From Planctomycetota bacterium (lineage in GTDB: Bacteria > Planctomycetota > Phycisphaerae > Phycisphaerales > Phycisphaeraceae), in assembly GCA_039199695.1 (NCBI GenBank), contig JBCCST010000010.1, positions 16,635 through 80,634 on the forward strand: a DNA stretch of 64,000 nt, written 5' to 3'. Every line of letters starts with the position of its first letter. The stretch's first letter is position 1. A program made the translations under genes and the position numbers. Under the pieces are notes generated by a model that was given only the letters and a program-made list of their open reading frames with translations, did no database searches and had not been told where the DNA came from. This document shows positions 49,705 to 59,981 of the stretch, piece by piece.

Positions 49705-50331
49705 ATGGCCAAAGGCGCCCGGGTTCAATCCGTTCAACAACTCGCCGACTTCCGGGCGTTCCTCGTGAAGTTCGCCGAGGGCGTGCGTCACGGCACGAGC
49801 ATCGCCGAAAGCGAAGTCCAAAGCACCGTCCGTTGGCTCAAAGACGAACACCCCCAACGTCTTCTGGGCGAGCGGCGCAAAGCCGAGCGTGCGCTGCAGG
49901 ACGCCACCGACGACCTCCGCCGTAAACGCCTCCAACCCACCGCCACCGGCGACCCGCCCTCGGTGGTCACCGAGCAGAAAAACCTCGCCAAGGCCAAAGC
50001 CAAGAAGCAGTGGCTCGACGACAAACTCACGGCCACCCAACGCTGGTCGCGTCAGTTCGACAAAGAAGCGACCCAGTTTCAAGCCGGACTCCAGGCGGCC
50101 CAAAGCCTGCCCGAAGCCGTGATCTCGCGGGCGCTGGCCCGACTCGAAGGGCACGTCATCGCCCTCGAAAAATACCTGGAAGCCCAGAACCCTCGGCCCA
50201 CCTTGTCTTCGCAACCATCCGCCGACTCGGGTGGGATCGCTCGCAGCGGCGACGTGGGATCCGAAGCCGAAGAGGAATCCGCCACCGCCGACCCCACTGA
50301 TGAAGACCCACAAGACAAGGAACAGCCATGA
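49705..50331 (+). CDS. Elongated WXG100-like helical protein
   Basis: About 160 aa of predicted helix plus an acidic tail. Shares N-terminal LxxFxxxLxxF and C-terminal ExYL[D/E]A with the upstream WXG100 protein. Confidence 0.6.
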   Translation: MAKGARVQSVQQLADFRAFLVKFAEGVRHGTSIAESEVQSTVRWLKDEHPQRLLGERRKAERALQDATDDLRRKRLQPTATGDPPSVVTEQKNLAKAKAKKQWLDDKLTATQRWSRQFDKEATQFQAGLQAAQSLPEAVISRALARLEGHVIALEKYLEAQNPRPTLSSQPSADSGGIARSGDVGSEAEEESATADPTDEDPQDKEQP

Positions 50332-50540
50332 GCCTTGGCGTCGGCGCTTCGACTTTGAACGATGCCCGCAAGGCGCTCAACGCCCGCTGGGACGAACTCC
50401 GCCGCCAGTGGGACGACGCCGCGGCGGCCAAGTTTGAGCAAGATTTTATCCAACCCATGGACCACGACCTCAAGCAAGCGATCGACGCGATGATCCACGC
50501 CCAGCAGGCCGTCCAACGGGCCCGACAGGAATGCACATGA
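50328..50540 (+). CDS. Small WXG100-like protein
   Basis: 70-aa helix-turn-helix with central RQWDD..A.KF. ATGA overlaps with both neighbours. Confidence 0.65.
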   Translation: MSLGVGASTLNDARKALNARWDELRRQWDDAAAAKFEQDFIQPMDHDLKQAIDAMIHAQQAVQRARQECT

Positions 50541-53500
50541 CGTTTAACGGCAGCGAAAACAACGAGAACCCCATCACCTCGGCCGACGCTTCGACGGCGT
50601 TGTCGTCCATCGGCCGACGCCAGCTCGCGGCCCTGGCCGACTTGATCGATCTGTCCAACACCAGCGACCGGGCCGAACGCCTCTTGCTGAGCGACGCCGA
50701 GCAACGCCAACACTTCATCACCCGGCGTTACGAACTCAACCACGACCGCATCACAACCCGGCACCGCACCCGCCGGCACCGCATCGAAAAACAGCACGCC
50801 AAGCAACGCGCCCGCTTCCAACAAGAATTCGATCAGAAGCAGGCCAAGCTCCAAGGCGACGCTCAAGCCCTGCGTAAGAAGATCGAACGCCAGGCCCAGG
50901 AATCAACCAGCAAAACCGCTTCGGAAGAGAGCCACGAAAAATGGGTCGCCGACAGCATGCTCGAAGGCCGGCTCAACGAACTCAAGGCCGAACTCGAACG
51001 CGACCGCGACCAACTCGAAACCATGCGGAACCACGCCGCCGGCTTGGACGAACAAGCGGGCGACACCCTGCGTCGCTACCGCTACCGTGACCTGTCGATG
51101 CCCGAGCACACGCCCTCGACCCCGCCGGCCGACGAAACCCCGGCCGACCCCGAAGCCGCGTTCAACGAGTTGATCGACGACTACCCGCAGCAAGACGCGC
51201 AACTCAAAGCAGCCCTCCAACAGCTCAAGAAACTTTTGCTGCCCGCCTTGTTTCTGAGTTTCCTACCGTATCTCTTTTGGTTCGTCTTAACGCTGGGCAT
51301 TACGGCGGGTTTGATCGTGCTGGGCAACGAACTGGCGTGGACCTGGTCCCCGATCATCACCGGAGCCGGGGCCTTCGTGGTCGGCGGCGGCCTGGTCTGG
51401 CTTGTCGGCAAAATCATATTCAACGCGGGCTCGAAAAAAGTCGCGCTCGCCTTGGGGCAGTATCACGCACAACGCGAAACCCACCTGAACTACCTAGACG
51501 AAGTCCGACACGCCGCGCAGATTAAACACGATGTGCGCGGCGATGCCGCCCGCCAGGAACGCGACGCGGCTCACGACAAAACCAAAGCCAAATATGCCCC
51601 GTATTTCGCCAAAATCGATCAACGCCGCGAACAGTCCGCCGCCGAGCTCGACGGTAAAGTCAAGGGCAAACTTGATCGTATCAACGAACACTTCCAACAA
51701 GAACGCGGCGCCTTCGACGCCGCATCGGCGGACGAACTGAAACAACTCGACGAGCGCTTCGACCGCCGGATCGACATCACAACCCGTCGCCGCGACCGCG
51801 ACCAAACCTCGCTCGACTCCGAACACGGCAGCAGCGCCGCCCGCCTCCAACAGAAATGGGAAGCCGGCCGAGACCGACTGCTCCACAGCCTCGAAGAGAT
51901 GCGTCGGCTTGAAGACACCTCCAATCGGCCGTGGGCCGACGCCGCGTGGGCCGACTGGGTCCCCCCGACCAGCCCCGCCCCGGCGGTCCGCTTCGGTTCG
52001 ATTACGCTCGACACCGACAACCTGCTCGACGAGCAGGCGGCGGGTGGACGTTTCGACCTGAACCTGCCCGCCTCGCTGTCCGTGCCCGCCCTGCTGTCCG
52101 GGCCGGACCAACGGTCCTTCTACCTCGGCACCCCGCCCGAGCAGCGCCCCGCTGCGCTCGCCATGATGCAATCCGTGATGCTCCGGCTGCTCACCACGAT
52201 GCCGCCGGGCCAGGTCAAGTTCACGCTGATCGACCCGATCGGCCTCGGCGAATCCTTCGGCGGTTTCATGCACCTGGCCGACCACGAAGAATCGCTGGTC
52301 AACGGCCGGGTCTGGTCCGAACCCGCCCACATCGACCGCCGGCTCACCGACCTGACCGATCACATGGGGCAGATGATCCAGAAGTATCTGCGCAACGATT
52401 ACGACTCCATTGATCAATACAACGAACAAGCCGGTGAGCTGGCCGAGCCCTACCGCTTCCTCGTCGCCGCCGACTACCCCCAAGGCTTCTCGACCGACGC
52501 CGCCGCCCGACTCAACAGCCTCGCGGCCAGCGGGGCCCGGTGCGGCGTGTTCGTGCTGGTCCTCCACGATCAACGCACCGCCCCACCCACCGGCGAGATC
52601 GACGACCTCAAACGCCACTGCACCGCTGCCTCGTTCAGCCCCGACGACGGCTGGCGTTGGCGTCACCCGATCACCGAGCGCTTCCCGTTTACTCCCGATT
52701 CACCGCCCGACGAAGACCTGGTCAGCCAGATCGTGGGCAAGGTCGGCCGAGCCGCCATCGAGGCCGGCCGGGTCCAGGTGCCCTTCTCGACCATCACCCC
52801 GAACGCCGGCAGCCCCGAGGTGTGGTCGCGCAGCGCTTCGGAAGACCTCGAAGTCGCTATCGGCCGAGCGGGCGCGACCCGGCTGCAATCCTTCCGCGTC
52901 GGCCGCGGCGTGGCGCAACACGCTTTGGTCGCCGGTAAAACCGGTTCGGGTAAGTCGTCGCTGCTGCACACGCTCATCACCAACCTCTGCTTGTGGTATC
53001 CGCCGGATCAGCTTGACCTGTACCTGATCGACTTCAAAAAGGGCGTCGAGTTCAAGCCCTACGTCAACCACCGGCCGCCGCACCTGCGGGCGATCGCGAT
53101 CGAGTCCGACCGCGAGTTCGGCCTGTCCATCCTCAAACGGCTCGACGCGATGCTCGACGAACGTGGCGAGAAGTTCCGCGAAGCAGGCGTGGCGAATCTC
53201 GCCGGCTACCACCAAGCCGTGCCCGATCAACCGATGCCGCGAGTGCTGCTGATCGTCGACGAGTTCCAAGAACTGTTCGGCCAAGACGACGCGATCTCGC
53301 AGAGTGCCACGCAACTGCTCGACCGCTTGGTGCGGCAGGGCCGGGCGTTCGGGATGCACGCCTTCCTCGGCTCGCAGTCGCTCAGCGGTGCCGCGGGACT
53401 ACCCCGTGGCACCATGGGGCAGATGGCCGTGCGCATCGCGCTGCAATGTTCGGAAAACGACAGTCAACTGATCCTCGGCGATGAGAACTCCGCCGCCCGC

Positions 53501-54577
53501 CTGCTCACCCGCCCCGGCGAAGCGATCTACAACGACCAGAACGACACGCTCGAAGCCAACAGCCTGTTCCAGGTCGCTTGGCTGCCCGACCACGAGCTGC
53601 GCGACAGCCTGCGCACGATCACGAACCTTGCGGCCGAGAGCGGGGTTGATCCGGGCGCCTGTCACATCTTCGAGGGTAACGCCCCGGCCGTGCTCGCCGA
53701 GAACCAGCCGCTCAACGCCATGCTGCAAAGCCCCGATTGGCCGGCGGTTCCCAGCGGGACCCACGCCCCCTCGGCCTACCTGGGCGACCCTATCGCGATC
53801 GACGCCCCCACCGCGATCACCTTCCCCAAGCTCAACGGCGCCAACGCCCTGGTCCTCGGGCAAAACGCCGACAACACGCTCGGCCTGCTGTGCGCCGGGC
53901 TCCTGTCGCTCGCCGCGGCCCACCGCCCTGACCGCGCCCGCTTTGTCGTCTTCAACGGTTCGACCGAGCCCGAGCACGACGAACAGCTCCGCCAAACCCT
54001 GGACACGCTACCGCACGGCGTCGCCCAGGTGCCGTTCCGCGATGTCGACTCGTCGCTCGCCGAGTTTCACGCCGAGCTGCAACGCCGCATCGAAGACGGT
54101 GCCCCGACCGACACCGCCGAGGCCCCGACCACGTTCATCGCGGTGTTCGGCCTCCAACGCTTCCGCCAATTCCGCAAGTCCGACGACGGCTTCTCGTTCT
54201 CGCTGGACGACGACGCCGGCGGCGCTTCGAAGCCCGACGAACAGCTGCTGGACCTGTTGCGTGACGGCCCGGTCGTGGGCATGCACCTGATCGTCGTCGC
54301 CGACCGCGCCGCCTCGATCGAACCGGTCTTCGACCGCCGAGCGTTGCGCGAGTTCGACAACCGCGTCATGTTCCAGATGTCCGCCACCGACTCGGCCCAG
54401 ATCATCGACAGCAGCGAAGCCAACGACCTCGGCCCCTACCGGGCCTTGCTCTACCGCGAAGACCGCGGGACGATCACGCGCTTCCGGCCGTATGGGATGC
54501 CTTCGGAGGATGACCTCGCCCGTTTCAAACACTCGCTTGCCCGATCAATCCGAGGAAATTCGACTTCCCGGAGTTGA
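50537..54577 (+). CDS. Membrane-anchored FtsK/SpoIIIE-family ATPase, EssC/EccC-like, with three P-loop-fold domains
   Basis: Coiled coil, two TMs, coiled coil, degenerate domain 1, intact domain 2 (AGKTGSGKS, YLIDFKKG, IVDEFQE, RQGRAFGMH..GSQ) and degenerate domain 3. Confidence 0.88.
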   Translation: MTFNGSENNENPITSADASTALSSIGRRQLAALADLIDLSNTSDRAERLLLSDAEQRQHFITRRYELNHDRITTRHRTRRHRIEKQHAKQRARFQQEFDQKQAKLQGDAQALRKKIERQAQESTSKTASEESHEKWVADSMLEGRLNELKAELERDRDQLETMRNHAAGLDEQAGDTLRRYRYRDLSMPEHTPSTPPADETPADPEAAFNELIDDYPQQDAQLKAALQQLKKLLLPALFLSFLPYLFWFVLTLGITAGLIVLGNELAWTWSPIITGAGAFVVGGGLVWLVGKIIFNAGSKKVALALGQYHAQRETHLNYLDEVRHAAQIKHDVRGDAARQERDAAHDKTKAKYAPYFAKIDQRREQSAAELDGKVKGKLDRINEHFQQERGAFDAASADELKQLDERFDRRIDITTRRRDRDQTSLDSEHGSSAARLQQKWEAGRDRLLHSLEEMRRLEDTSNRPWADAAWADWVPPTSPAPAVRFGSITLDTDNLLDEQAAGGRFDLNLPASLSVPALLSGPDQRSFYLGTPPEQRPAALAMMQSVMLRLLTTMPPGQVKFTLIDPIGLGESFGGFMHLADHEESLVNGRVWSEPAHIDRRLTDLTDHMGQMIQKYLRNDYDSIDQYNEQAGELAEPYRFLVAADYPQGFSTDAAARLNSLAASGARCGVFVLVLHDQRTAPPTGEIDDLKRHCTAASFSPDDGWRWRHPITERFPFTPDSPPDEDLVSQIVGKVGRAAIEAGRVQVPFSTITPNAGSPEVWSRSASEDLEVAIGRAGATRLQSFRVGRGVAQHALVAGKTGSGKSSLLHTLITNLCLWYPPDQLDLYLIDFKKGVEFKPYVNHRPPHLRAIAIESDREFGLSILKRLDAMLDERGEKFREAGVANLAGYHQAVPDQPMPRVLLIVDEFQELFGQDDAISQSATQLLDRLVRQGRAFGMHAFLGSQSLSGAAGLPRGTMGQMAVRIALQCSENDSQLILGDENSAARLLTRPGEAIYNDQNDTLEANSLFQVAWLPDHELRDSLRTITNLAAESGVDPGACHIFEGNAPAVLAENQPLNAMLQSPDWPAVPSGTHAPSAYLGDPIAIDAPTAITFPKLNGANALVLGQNADNTLGLLCAGLLSLAAAHRPDRARFVVFNGSTEPEHDEQLRQTLDTLPHGVAQVPFRDVDSSLAEFHAELQRRIEDGAPTDTAEAPTTFIAVFGLQRFRQFRKSDDGFSFSLDDDAGGASKPDEQLLDLLRDGPVVGMHLIVVADRAASIEPVFDRRALREFDNRVMFQMSATDSAQIIDSSEANDLGPYRALLYREDRGTITRFRPYGMPSEDDLARFKHSLARSIRGNSTSRS

Positions 54578-54611
54578 TCGCTTTAATCGACAGTAAATAG
54601 ATGAGTTACCC

Positions 54612-55436
54612 TTAACTCTCGTCAATATCAAATCTACGTAAACTCATAGTGCGTACGAGTGCGTCTTCTGTTCCGAACAAGGAATAGTGGTTGATATTGA
54701 AATCATCTAACTGACGTAACGCTGTTATTCGGTCTGATCGAGGCAGAGTTAGCTTGATCAACACATCTTGATGGGCAATTGGAGATGGCACAACATCATG
54801 ATGCGAACAAAACATATGCCTATTCCGCTCTGAATCCCAAGTGGTTGCTGTCGTATACCACGCTTTCTGATTGAAGTGTCTTGCATGCGTCGTCACGTAT
54901 GGCCCATGTGTATCAATCATGCTTTCTCCTCCACTTGCAGATTTATGTCCTTCAGGTGTTTCGATGAACGCATAAACAGACACATAGCTAGCGCTACCAG
55001 CAGACTCAAAAGCAAAATACGCTGCGATGTAAGGGGAAGTGGTCCAATCCAATAGTGGCGATGGAAAGCCATGATGCCTTAAGTGAACAAGATAGTCGTA
55101 ATGCGGAAGATAAACCCGCATAGAATCTTGCCTATTTTCTATTTCACGCAAAATCTCAGGATATGTTTTTAATCCCCACTGCTTACCGCTGACTGATTCG
55201 ATCTCGTTGACACAAGAATCTGCTCTCTGCAAATACTTTTGTACTGAATACTCCTCGGTTGAAGCACGCTCAAGCGTAGTAATTAGAGGCCAATCACTAT
55301 TAGCTTGACCACGAAAAAGTATCTCGTTATCGAGCTCCCTACCGGAAATACCGACAGTTCGCTTCCCGTATTTATTTCTAATGTCGGATATAGCAGTTGC
55401 ATAATCCGCCCATGAATTCAGCGTAATCGTTTCCAT
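54612..55436 (-). CDS. FRG domain-containing protein, low GC
   Basis: LFRGQANSDWPL..TLER and LRHHGFPSPLLDWTTSPYIAAYFA. Confidence 0.88.
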   Translation of the reverse strand: METITLNSWADYATAISDIRNKYGKRTVGISGRELDNEILFRGQANSDWPLITTLERASTEEYSVQKYLQRADSCVNEIESVSGKQWGLKTYPEILREIENRQDSMRVYLPHYDYLVHLRHHGFPSPLLDWTTSPYIAAYFAFESAGSASYVSVYAFIETPEGHKSASGGESMIDTHGPYVTTHARHFNQKAWYTTATTWDSERNRHMFCSHHDVVPSPIAHQDVLIKLTLPRSDRITALRQLDDFNINHYSLFGTEDALVRTMSLRRFDIDES

Positions 55437-55490
55437 AACTTCCCCAAGAATTTCTTACCCATATATCCCAAAGAGCAAGCAGGACATAAC

Positions 55491-56591
55491 TCACGCCCCC
55501 GTCAGGAAGTGGCAGATATCGCCGTCTTGGACAACGTAAGCTTTACCCTCGGCCCGGAGTTTGCCCGCCTCGCGGATGGCTTTTTCTTCTTTGTGTTGGA
55601 CCAGGTCGTCGAGCGTATAGACTTCGGCGCGGATGAACTTGGCTTCGAAGTCGGTGTGGATGACGCCGGCGGCTTCGGGGGCGGTGGCGCCGATGGGGAT
55701 GGTCCAGGCGCGGACCTCTTTTTCGCCGGCGGTGAAGTAGCTCTGGTAGCCCAGCAGCTTGTACGCGGCGCGGGCCAGCACGGCCAGGGCGGGCTCTTCG
55801 AGGCCGACGCTCTCGAGCATCTCGTCGCGGTCGGCGTCGTCGAGCTCGGCCAGTTCGCTTTCGAGCTTCGCACACACCGGCACGACCGCGCCGCCCTCTT
55901 CCTCGGCCCGAGCGCGGACCCGGCCGACGAGTTCGCCTTCGCCGTGCAGGTCGTCTTCGTCGACGTTGGCGACGTAGAGGACTTGCTTAGCGGTGATCAG
56001 GCCGAAGCTCTTGAGAGCTTTGAGTTCTTCGGGGTCGAGTGATCCCGACGCGATCAGGTTGCGGATCGGCTTGCCCTCGGCCAGAACCGGCTGGCATTTT
56101 TGCAAGAGCGCGAGGCGGGCCTTGGCATCCTTGTCGCCGGACTTGGCGTTGCGGGCGGCCTTCTGCAGCGAGTTGTCCACGGTGGCCAAGTCCGAAAGCA
56201 TCAACTCGGTGTCGATGACCTCGATGTCACGGATGGGATCGACGCTGCCGTCGACGTGGGTGATGTCGTCGTCCTCGAAACACCGGACGACGTGCAGGAT
56301 CGCGTCGACGGATTTGATGTGGCTGAGGAACTTGTTGCCCAGGCCCTCGCCCTCGGACGCGCCCTTGACGATGCCGGCGATGTCTACGAGCCGCAACGCC
56401 GCGGGGATGACTTTATGGGGCGGGATGTAGGTCGTGATGGTTTCGAGCCGACCGTCGGGAACGGGGACGACGCCGACGTTGGGCTCGATGGTGCAGAACG
56501 GGAAGTTCTCGCTGGGGATGCCCGCTTGGGTGAGGGCGTTAAAGAGAGTTGATTTGCCCACGTTGGGGAGGCCGACGATTCCTGCTTCCAT
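55491..56591 (-). CDS. ychF: Redox-regulated ribosome-binding ATPase YchF
   Basis: [39 protein letters not shown] and a TGS domain. Confidence 0.96.
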   Translation of the reverse strand: MEAGIVGLPNVGKSTLFNALTQAGIPSENFPFCTIEPNVGVVPVPDGRLETITTYIPPHKVIPAALRLVDIAGIVKGASEGEGLGNKFLSHIKSVDAILHVVRCFEDDDITHVDGSVDPIRDIEVIDTELMLSDLATVDNSLQKAARNAKSGDKDAKARLALLQKCQPVLAEGKPIRNLIASGSLDPEELKALKSFGLITAKQVLYVANVDEDDLHGEGELVGRVRARAEEEGGAVVPVCAKLESELAELDDADRDEMLESVGLEEPALAVLARAAYKLLGYQSYFTAGEKEVRAWTIPIGATAPEAAGVIHTDFEAKFIRAEVYTLDDLVQHKEEKAIREAGKLRAEGKAYVVQDGDICHFLTGA

Positions 56592-56806
56592 AGTGGGGCA
56601 GATGATAGCAAGCTGTCTGATTTGTGCATGGTTTTAAGGGGAAAATCGTTCATGCCGGGTTTGCTGAATGGGAAGCTGAGCCCCTGCAGTGCGGGCATGA
56701 TTCTGGTAAAATGGAGGTTTGCGGAGGGTGGTGCTTTTGCCCCGTGTGCACCGCCCGCCGGAAGACTTGAAACGCTCGTTAAAACCTGCTTCGGAAACCC
56801 TGCCTC

Positions 56807-59497
56807 ATGGCCGAAACGCCCCCCGAAAACACCCCCGAGGACGACCTGAACCCCGACGAGCTGCCCGGCGAAGGAGCCGGCGACGGCCCGGTCATCGGCG
56901 GTAAGGTCCAAGACCTCGCGATCGAGCGCGAGCTTGCCGACAGCTACCTGACCTATGCGATGTCGACCATCGTCGACCGCGCCCTGCCTGACGTCCGCGA
57001 CGGGCTCAAGCCTTCGCTGCGCCGCATCCTCGTGGCGATGAACGACCTGAACCTCCGGCCCGGCAGCAAGCACCGCAAGTGCGCCAAGATCGTCGGCGAC
57101 ACCACCGGCAACTACCACCCCCACGGCGACCAGTCCGTCTACGCCGCCCTCGTCGGCATGGCCCAGGGCTGGAAGATGCGCCACACCATGGTCGACCCGC
57201 AGGGCAACTTCGGCAGCGTCGACCCCGACCCCCCCGCCGCGATGCGCTACACCGAGGCACGCATGGCCTCGCCCGCCGCGGACATGCTCGACGACCTCAA
57301 GCTCGACACCGTCGACTGGCAGGAAAACTACGACGCCACCCGTGACGAGCCCACCGTCTTGCCCGGCAAGTTCCCCAACCTGCTGGTCAACGGCAGCCTG
57401 GGCATCGCCGTGGGCATGGCCACCAGCCTGCCGCCGCACAACCTCGGCGAGGTCTGCGACGCCATCACCGCCGTCGTCAACAACCCCGAAATCGAGTTGC
57501 CCGAACTCTTGCAGATCATCCCCGGCCCCGACTTCCCGTCGGGCGGCACGATCATGGGCCGGGCGGGCATCGCCGCGGCCTACCGCACGGGCCGTGGCCG
57601 CGTGACCGTCCGGGCGAAGATGCACCAGGAAACCTCGGGCAAGCAGGAACGCTTGGTGGTGACCGAACTGCCGTATCAGGTCAGCAAGGTCAACGGCGTG
57701 ATCGACAAGATCGTCGCCATGAACAAGGCCGGCCGGCTCGAAGACATCGCCGACATCGTGGATGAATCGTCTAACCGCGCCGGCATGCGGGTCGTCATCA
57801 AGCTCAAACGCGGCGCTTCACCCGAAGCCGTGGAGAACCAGCTTTACGCCCTGACGCCGCTGCAGTCGACGTTCTCGATCATCAACATCGCGCTGGTCAA
57901 GGGCCAGCCGCGGACGCTGAGCCTGCGGCAGATGATCGACTGCTACGTCGATCACCGCGTCGAGGTCACCCGCCGCAAGACCGCGTTCCTGCTCAACAAA
58001 GCTCAGCAGGAAGCCCACCGCATCGAGGGCCTGATCTACGCGGTCTGCGACATCGACGAGGTCATCAAACTGATCCGCGAATCGACGACCCGCGACGAAG
58101 CCATCGAGAAACTGATGGCCCGAGGCTTCCGCATCCCCGCCGACCACCCTTACGCCCCGACGATCCCCCAGCGGCTGCTCGACGCGTCGCAGGACGATGT
58201 GCGGCTCACCCGCGTCCAGGCCGAGGCCATCGGCCGATTGCAACTCATCCAACTCGTCGGCCTCGAGATCGAAAAGCTTGTCAACGACTACACCAAGCTC
58301 GTCGGCGAAATCGAAGAGTACGAAGCCATCCTGGCTGACCCCAAGCGGGTCGAGGCGATCATCCTCGACGAAGTGGCGGAGATGAAGTCGAAGCACGCGA
58401 ACGATCGCCGCACGGTGATCGAAGAGGGCGAAGCCAACGACCTCGATATGGCCGCGCTCACGCCGGTCGAGCAAGTGGTCGTGACCATCACCCACTCGGG
58501 CTACGTCAAACGCCTGCCCTCGGCCGAGTACAAGACCCAGGGCCGCGGCGGCAAGGGCGTCATCGGGGCGAAATCCAAGGAAGACGACTTCACCGAAGAA
58601 GTCTTCGTCGCCAGCACGCACGACGACCTCTTGTGTTTCACCAACACCGGCCGGGTCTTCAAGATCAAGGTATTCAACATCCCCGAGGCCGGGCGGACGA
58701 GCCGCGGCCGATCGATCGTGAACATGATCAAGCTGCAAGACGGCGAGCGGGTGGTCGAGTTCATGCCGATCGCCGACTTCGAGAAGGGCGAAGACTTCCT
58801 GCTGTTCGCCACCGCCAACGGGCTGGTGAAGCGGACCGCCCTGGCCGACTACCGCAACGTCAACAGCTCCGGCCTGATCGCGCTGAACCTCCGCGACGGC
58901 GACTCGCTGGTCGGCGTGAAGTGGGTCAGCGAAGAAGACCACATCCTGCTCGGCACCGCGTCGGGCATGGCCATCCGCTTCCAGGCCGAGGACGCCCGGG
59001 CGATGGGCCGCAACGCCAGCGGCGTGAAGGGCATCGACCTGGCCAACAACGACACCGTGGTCGGCGTGATCCGCTGCGCCCCCGAAAACAACGCCGCCGA
59101 CCTCTTGACCGTCACCGAGAACGGCTACGGCAAACGCACGCCACTGGTCGAATACCTCGTCCAGTCCGAAGACGGCAGCACCCGGCCGCAGGGCCGCGGC
59201 GGTAAGGGCCGACGCGACATCCAGACCACCGCCCGCAACGGCAGCGTGGTTGCCCTTCGTCGTATCACCGAGGCCGACGACCTGATGCTGATCACGGTCA
59301 ACGGCATGATCGTCCGCATCAGCGCCGAAACCGTCCGCCAGACCAAACGCGCCTCGGCGGGCGTCCGCGTGATCTCGCTCTCGGCGGGCGATAAGCTCGT
59401 GGGCGTGGCCCGGGTTAAAGACGAAGACGACAGCCCGGCCGAACCGTCCGGCGAGAACAACACCCCGTCGATCGATGACACGGGCGACGACGACTAA
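56807..59497 (+). CDS. gyrA: DNA gyrase subunit A (no adjacent gyrB)
   Basis: [27 protein letters not shown] (catalytic Tyr), GyrA-box QGRGGKG, beta-pinwheel CTD and an acidic tail. Confidence 0.94.
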   Translation: MAETPPENTPEDDLNPDELPGEGAGDGPVIGGKVQDLAIERELADSYLTYAMSTIVDRALPDVRDGLKPSLRRILVAMNDLNLRPGSKHRKCAKIVGDTTGNYHPHGDQSVYAALVGMAQGWKMRHTMVDPQGNFGSVDPDPPAAMRYTEARMASPAADMLDDLKLDTVDWQENYDATRDEPTVLPGKFPNLLVNGSLGIAVGMATSLPPHNLGEVCDAITAVVNNPEIELPELLQIIPGPDFPSGGTIMGRAGIAAAYRTGRGRVTVRAKMHQETSGKQERLVVTELPYQVSKVNGVIDKIVAMNKAGRLEDIADIVDESSNRAGMRVVIKLKRGASPEAVENQLYALTPLQSTFSIINIALVKGQPRTLSLRQMIDCYVDHRVEVTRRKTAFLLNKAQQEAHRIEGLIYAVCDIDEVIKLIRESTTRDEAIEKLMARGFRIPADHPYAPTIPQRLLDASQDDVRLTRVQAEAIGRLQLIQLVGLEIEKLVNDYTKLVGEIEEYEAILADPKRVEAIILDEVAEMKSKHANDRRTVIEEGEANDLDMAALTPVEQVVVTITHSGYVKRLPSAEYKTQGRGGKGVIGAKSKEDDFTEEVFVASTHDDLLCFTNTGRVFKIKVFNIPEAGRTSRGRSIVNMIKLQDGERVVEFMPIADFEKGEDFLLFATANGLVKRTALADYRNVNSSGLIALNLRDGDSLVGVKWVSEEDHILLGTASGMAIRFQAEDARAMGRNASGVKGIDLANNDTVVGVIRCAPENNAADLLTVTENGYGKRTPLVEYLVQSEDGSTRPQGRGGKGRRDIQTTARNGSVVALRRITEADDLMLITVNGMIVRISAETVRQTKRASAGVRVISLSAGDKLVGVARVKDEDDSPAEPSGENNTPSIDDTGDDD

Positions 59498-59539
59498 TCA
59501 CCACACCCCCAGCGCCGCGCCGCGGCCCAAGGAATCCGT

Positions 59540-59878
59540 ATGCCGCTGCAAAAATGGTCCGATCAGATCTGGGTGAGCCAGATGTCCGACGAGCCCGCGT
59601 TCTCCGAAGAGATCGAGGTGTTCAAGTCTCAGTACGCCGCCGCCGAAGAGCCGCCACACGTGGTGATCGATCTCTCGCAGGTCGCGGTACTCAACAGCTC
59701 GAACATCTCGCAGCTGTTGGAAATCCAGAAAACGGCGTCCGGACACGGCCGCCGGGTCCGCGTCGCGGGGCCGAACAACGCGGTGTGGTCGGTGTTTTTG
59801 ACCGCAAGCCTCGATAAGGTTTTCGAGTTTTCGCAAGACACCGCGACCGCTTTGGCTGAGCTACAACTCGGCGGTTGA
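59540..59878 (+). CDS. STAS domain protein (anti-sigma factor antagonist-like)
   Basis: VVIDLSQVAVLNSSNISQL..L..ASLDKVF. Confidence 0.85.
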   Translation: MPLQKWSDQIWVSQMSDEPAFSEEIEVFKSQYAAAEEPPHVVIDLSQVAVLNSSNISQLLEIQKTASGHGRRVRVAGPNNAVWSVFLTASLDKVFEFSQDTATALAELQLGG

Positions 59879-59918
59879 CCGGGCACGAGCAACGCCACAC
59901 AACGGATGCTCAATTTCC

Positions 59919-59954
59919 AAAAAATAGCCCCGAGTTGATGCTCGGGGCTGTGTT
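59919..59954. terminator. Probably bidirectional terminator between convergent genes
   Basis: AAAAAATAGCCCCGAG-TTGATG-CTCGGGGCTGTGTT. Confidence 0.75.
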
Positions 59955-59981
59955 AATTCGCTGGATAGATAACTGACCGTT

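Noticed and set aside
50537-54577. Chromosome-segregation DNA translocase FtsK
   Set aside because: There is no gamma winged-helix domain or 4-TM N-terminus. It has three tandem domains and is coupled to WXG100-like genes.
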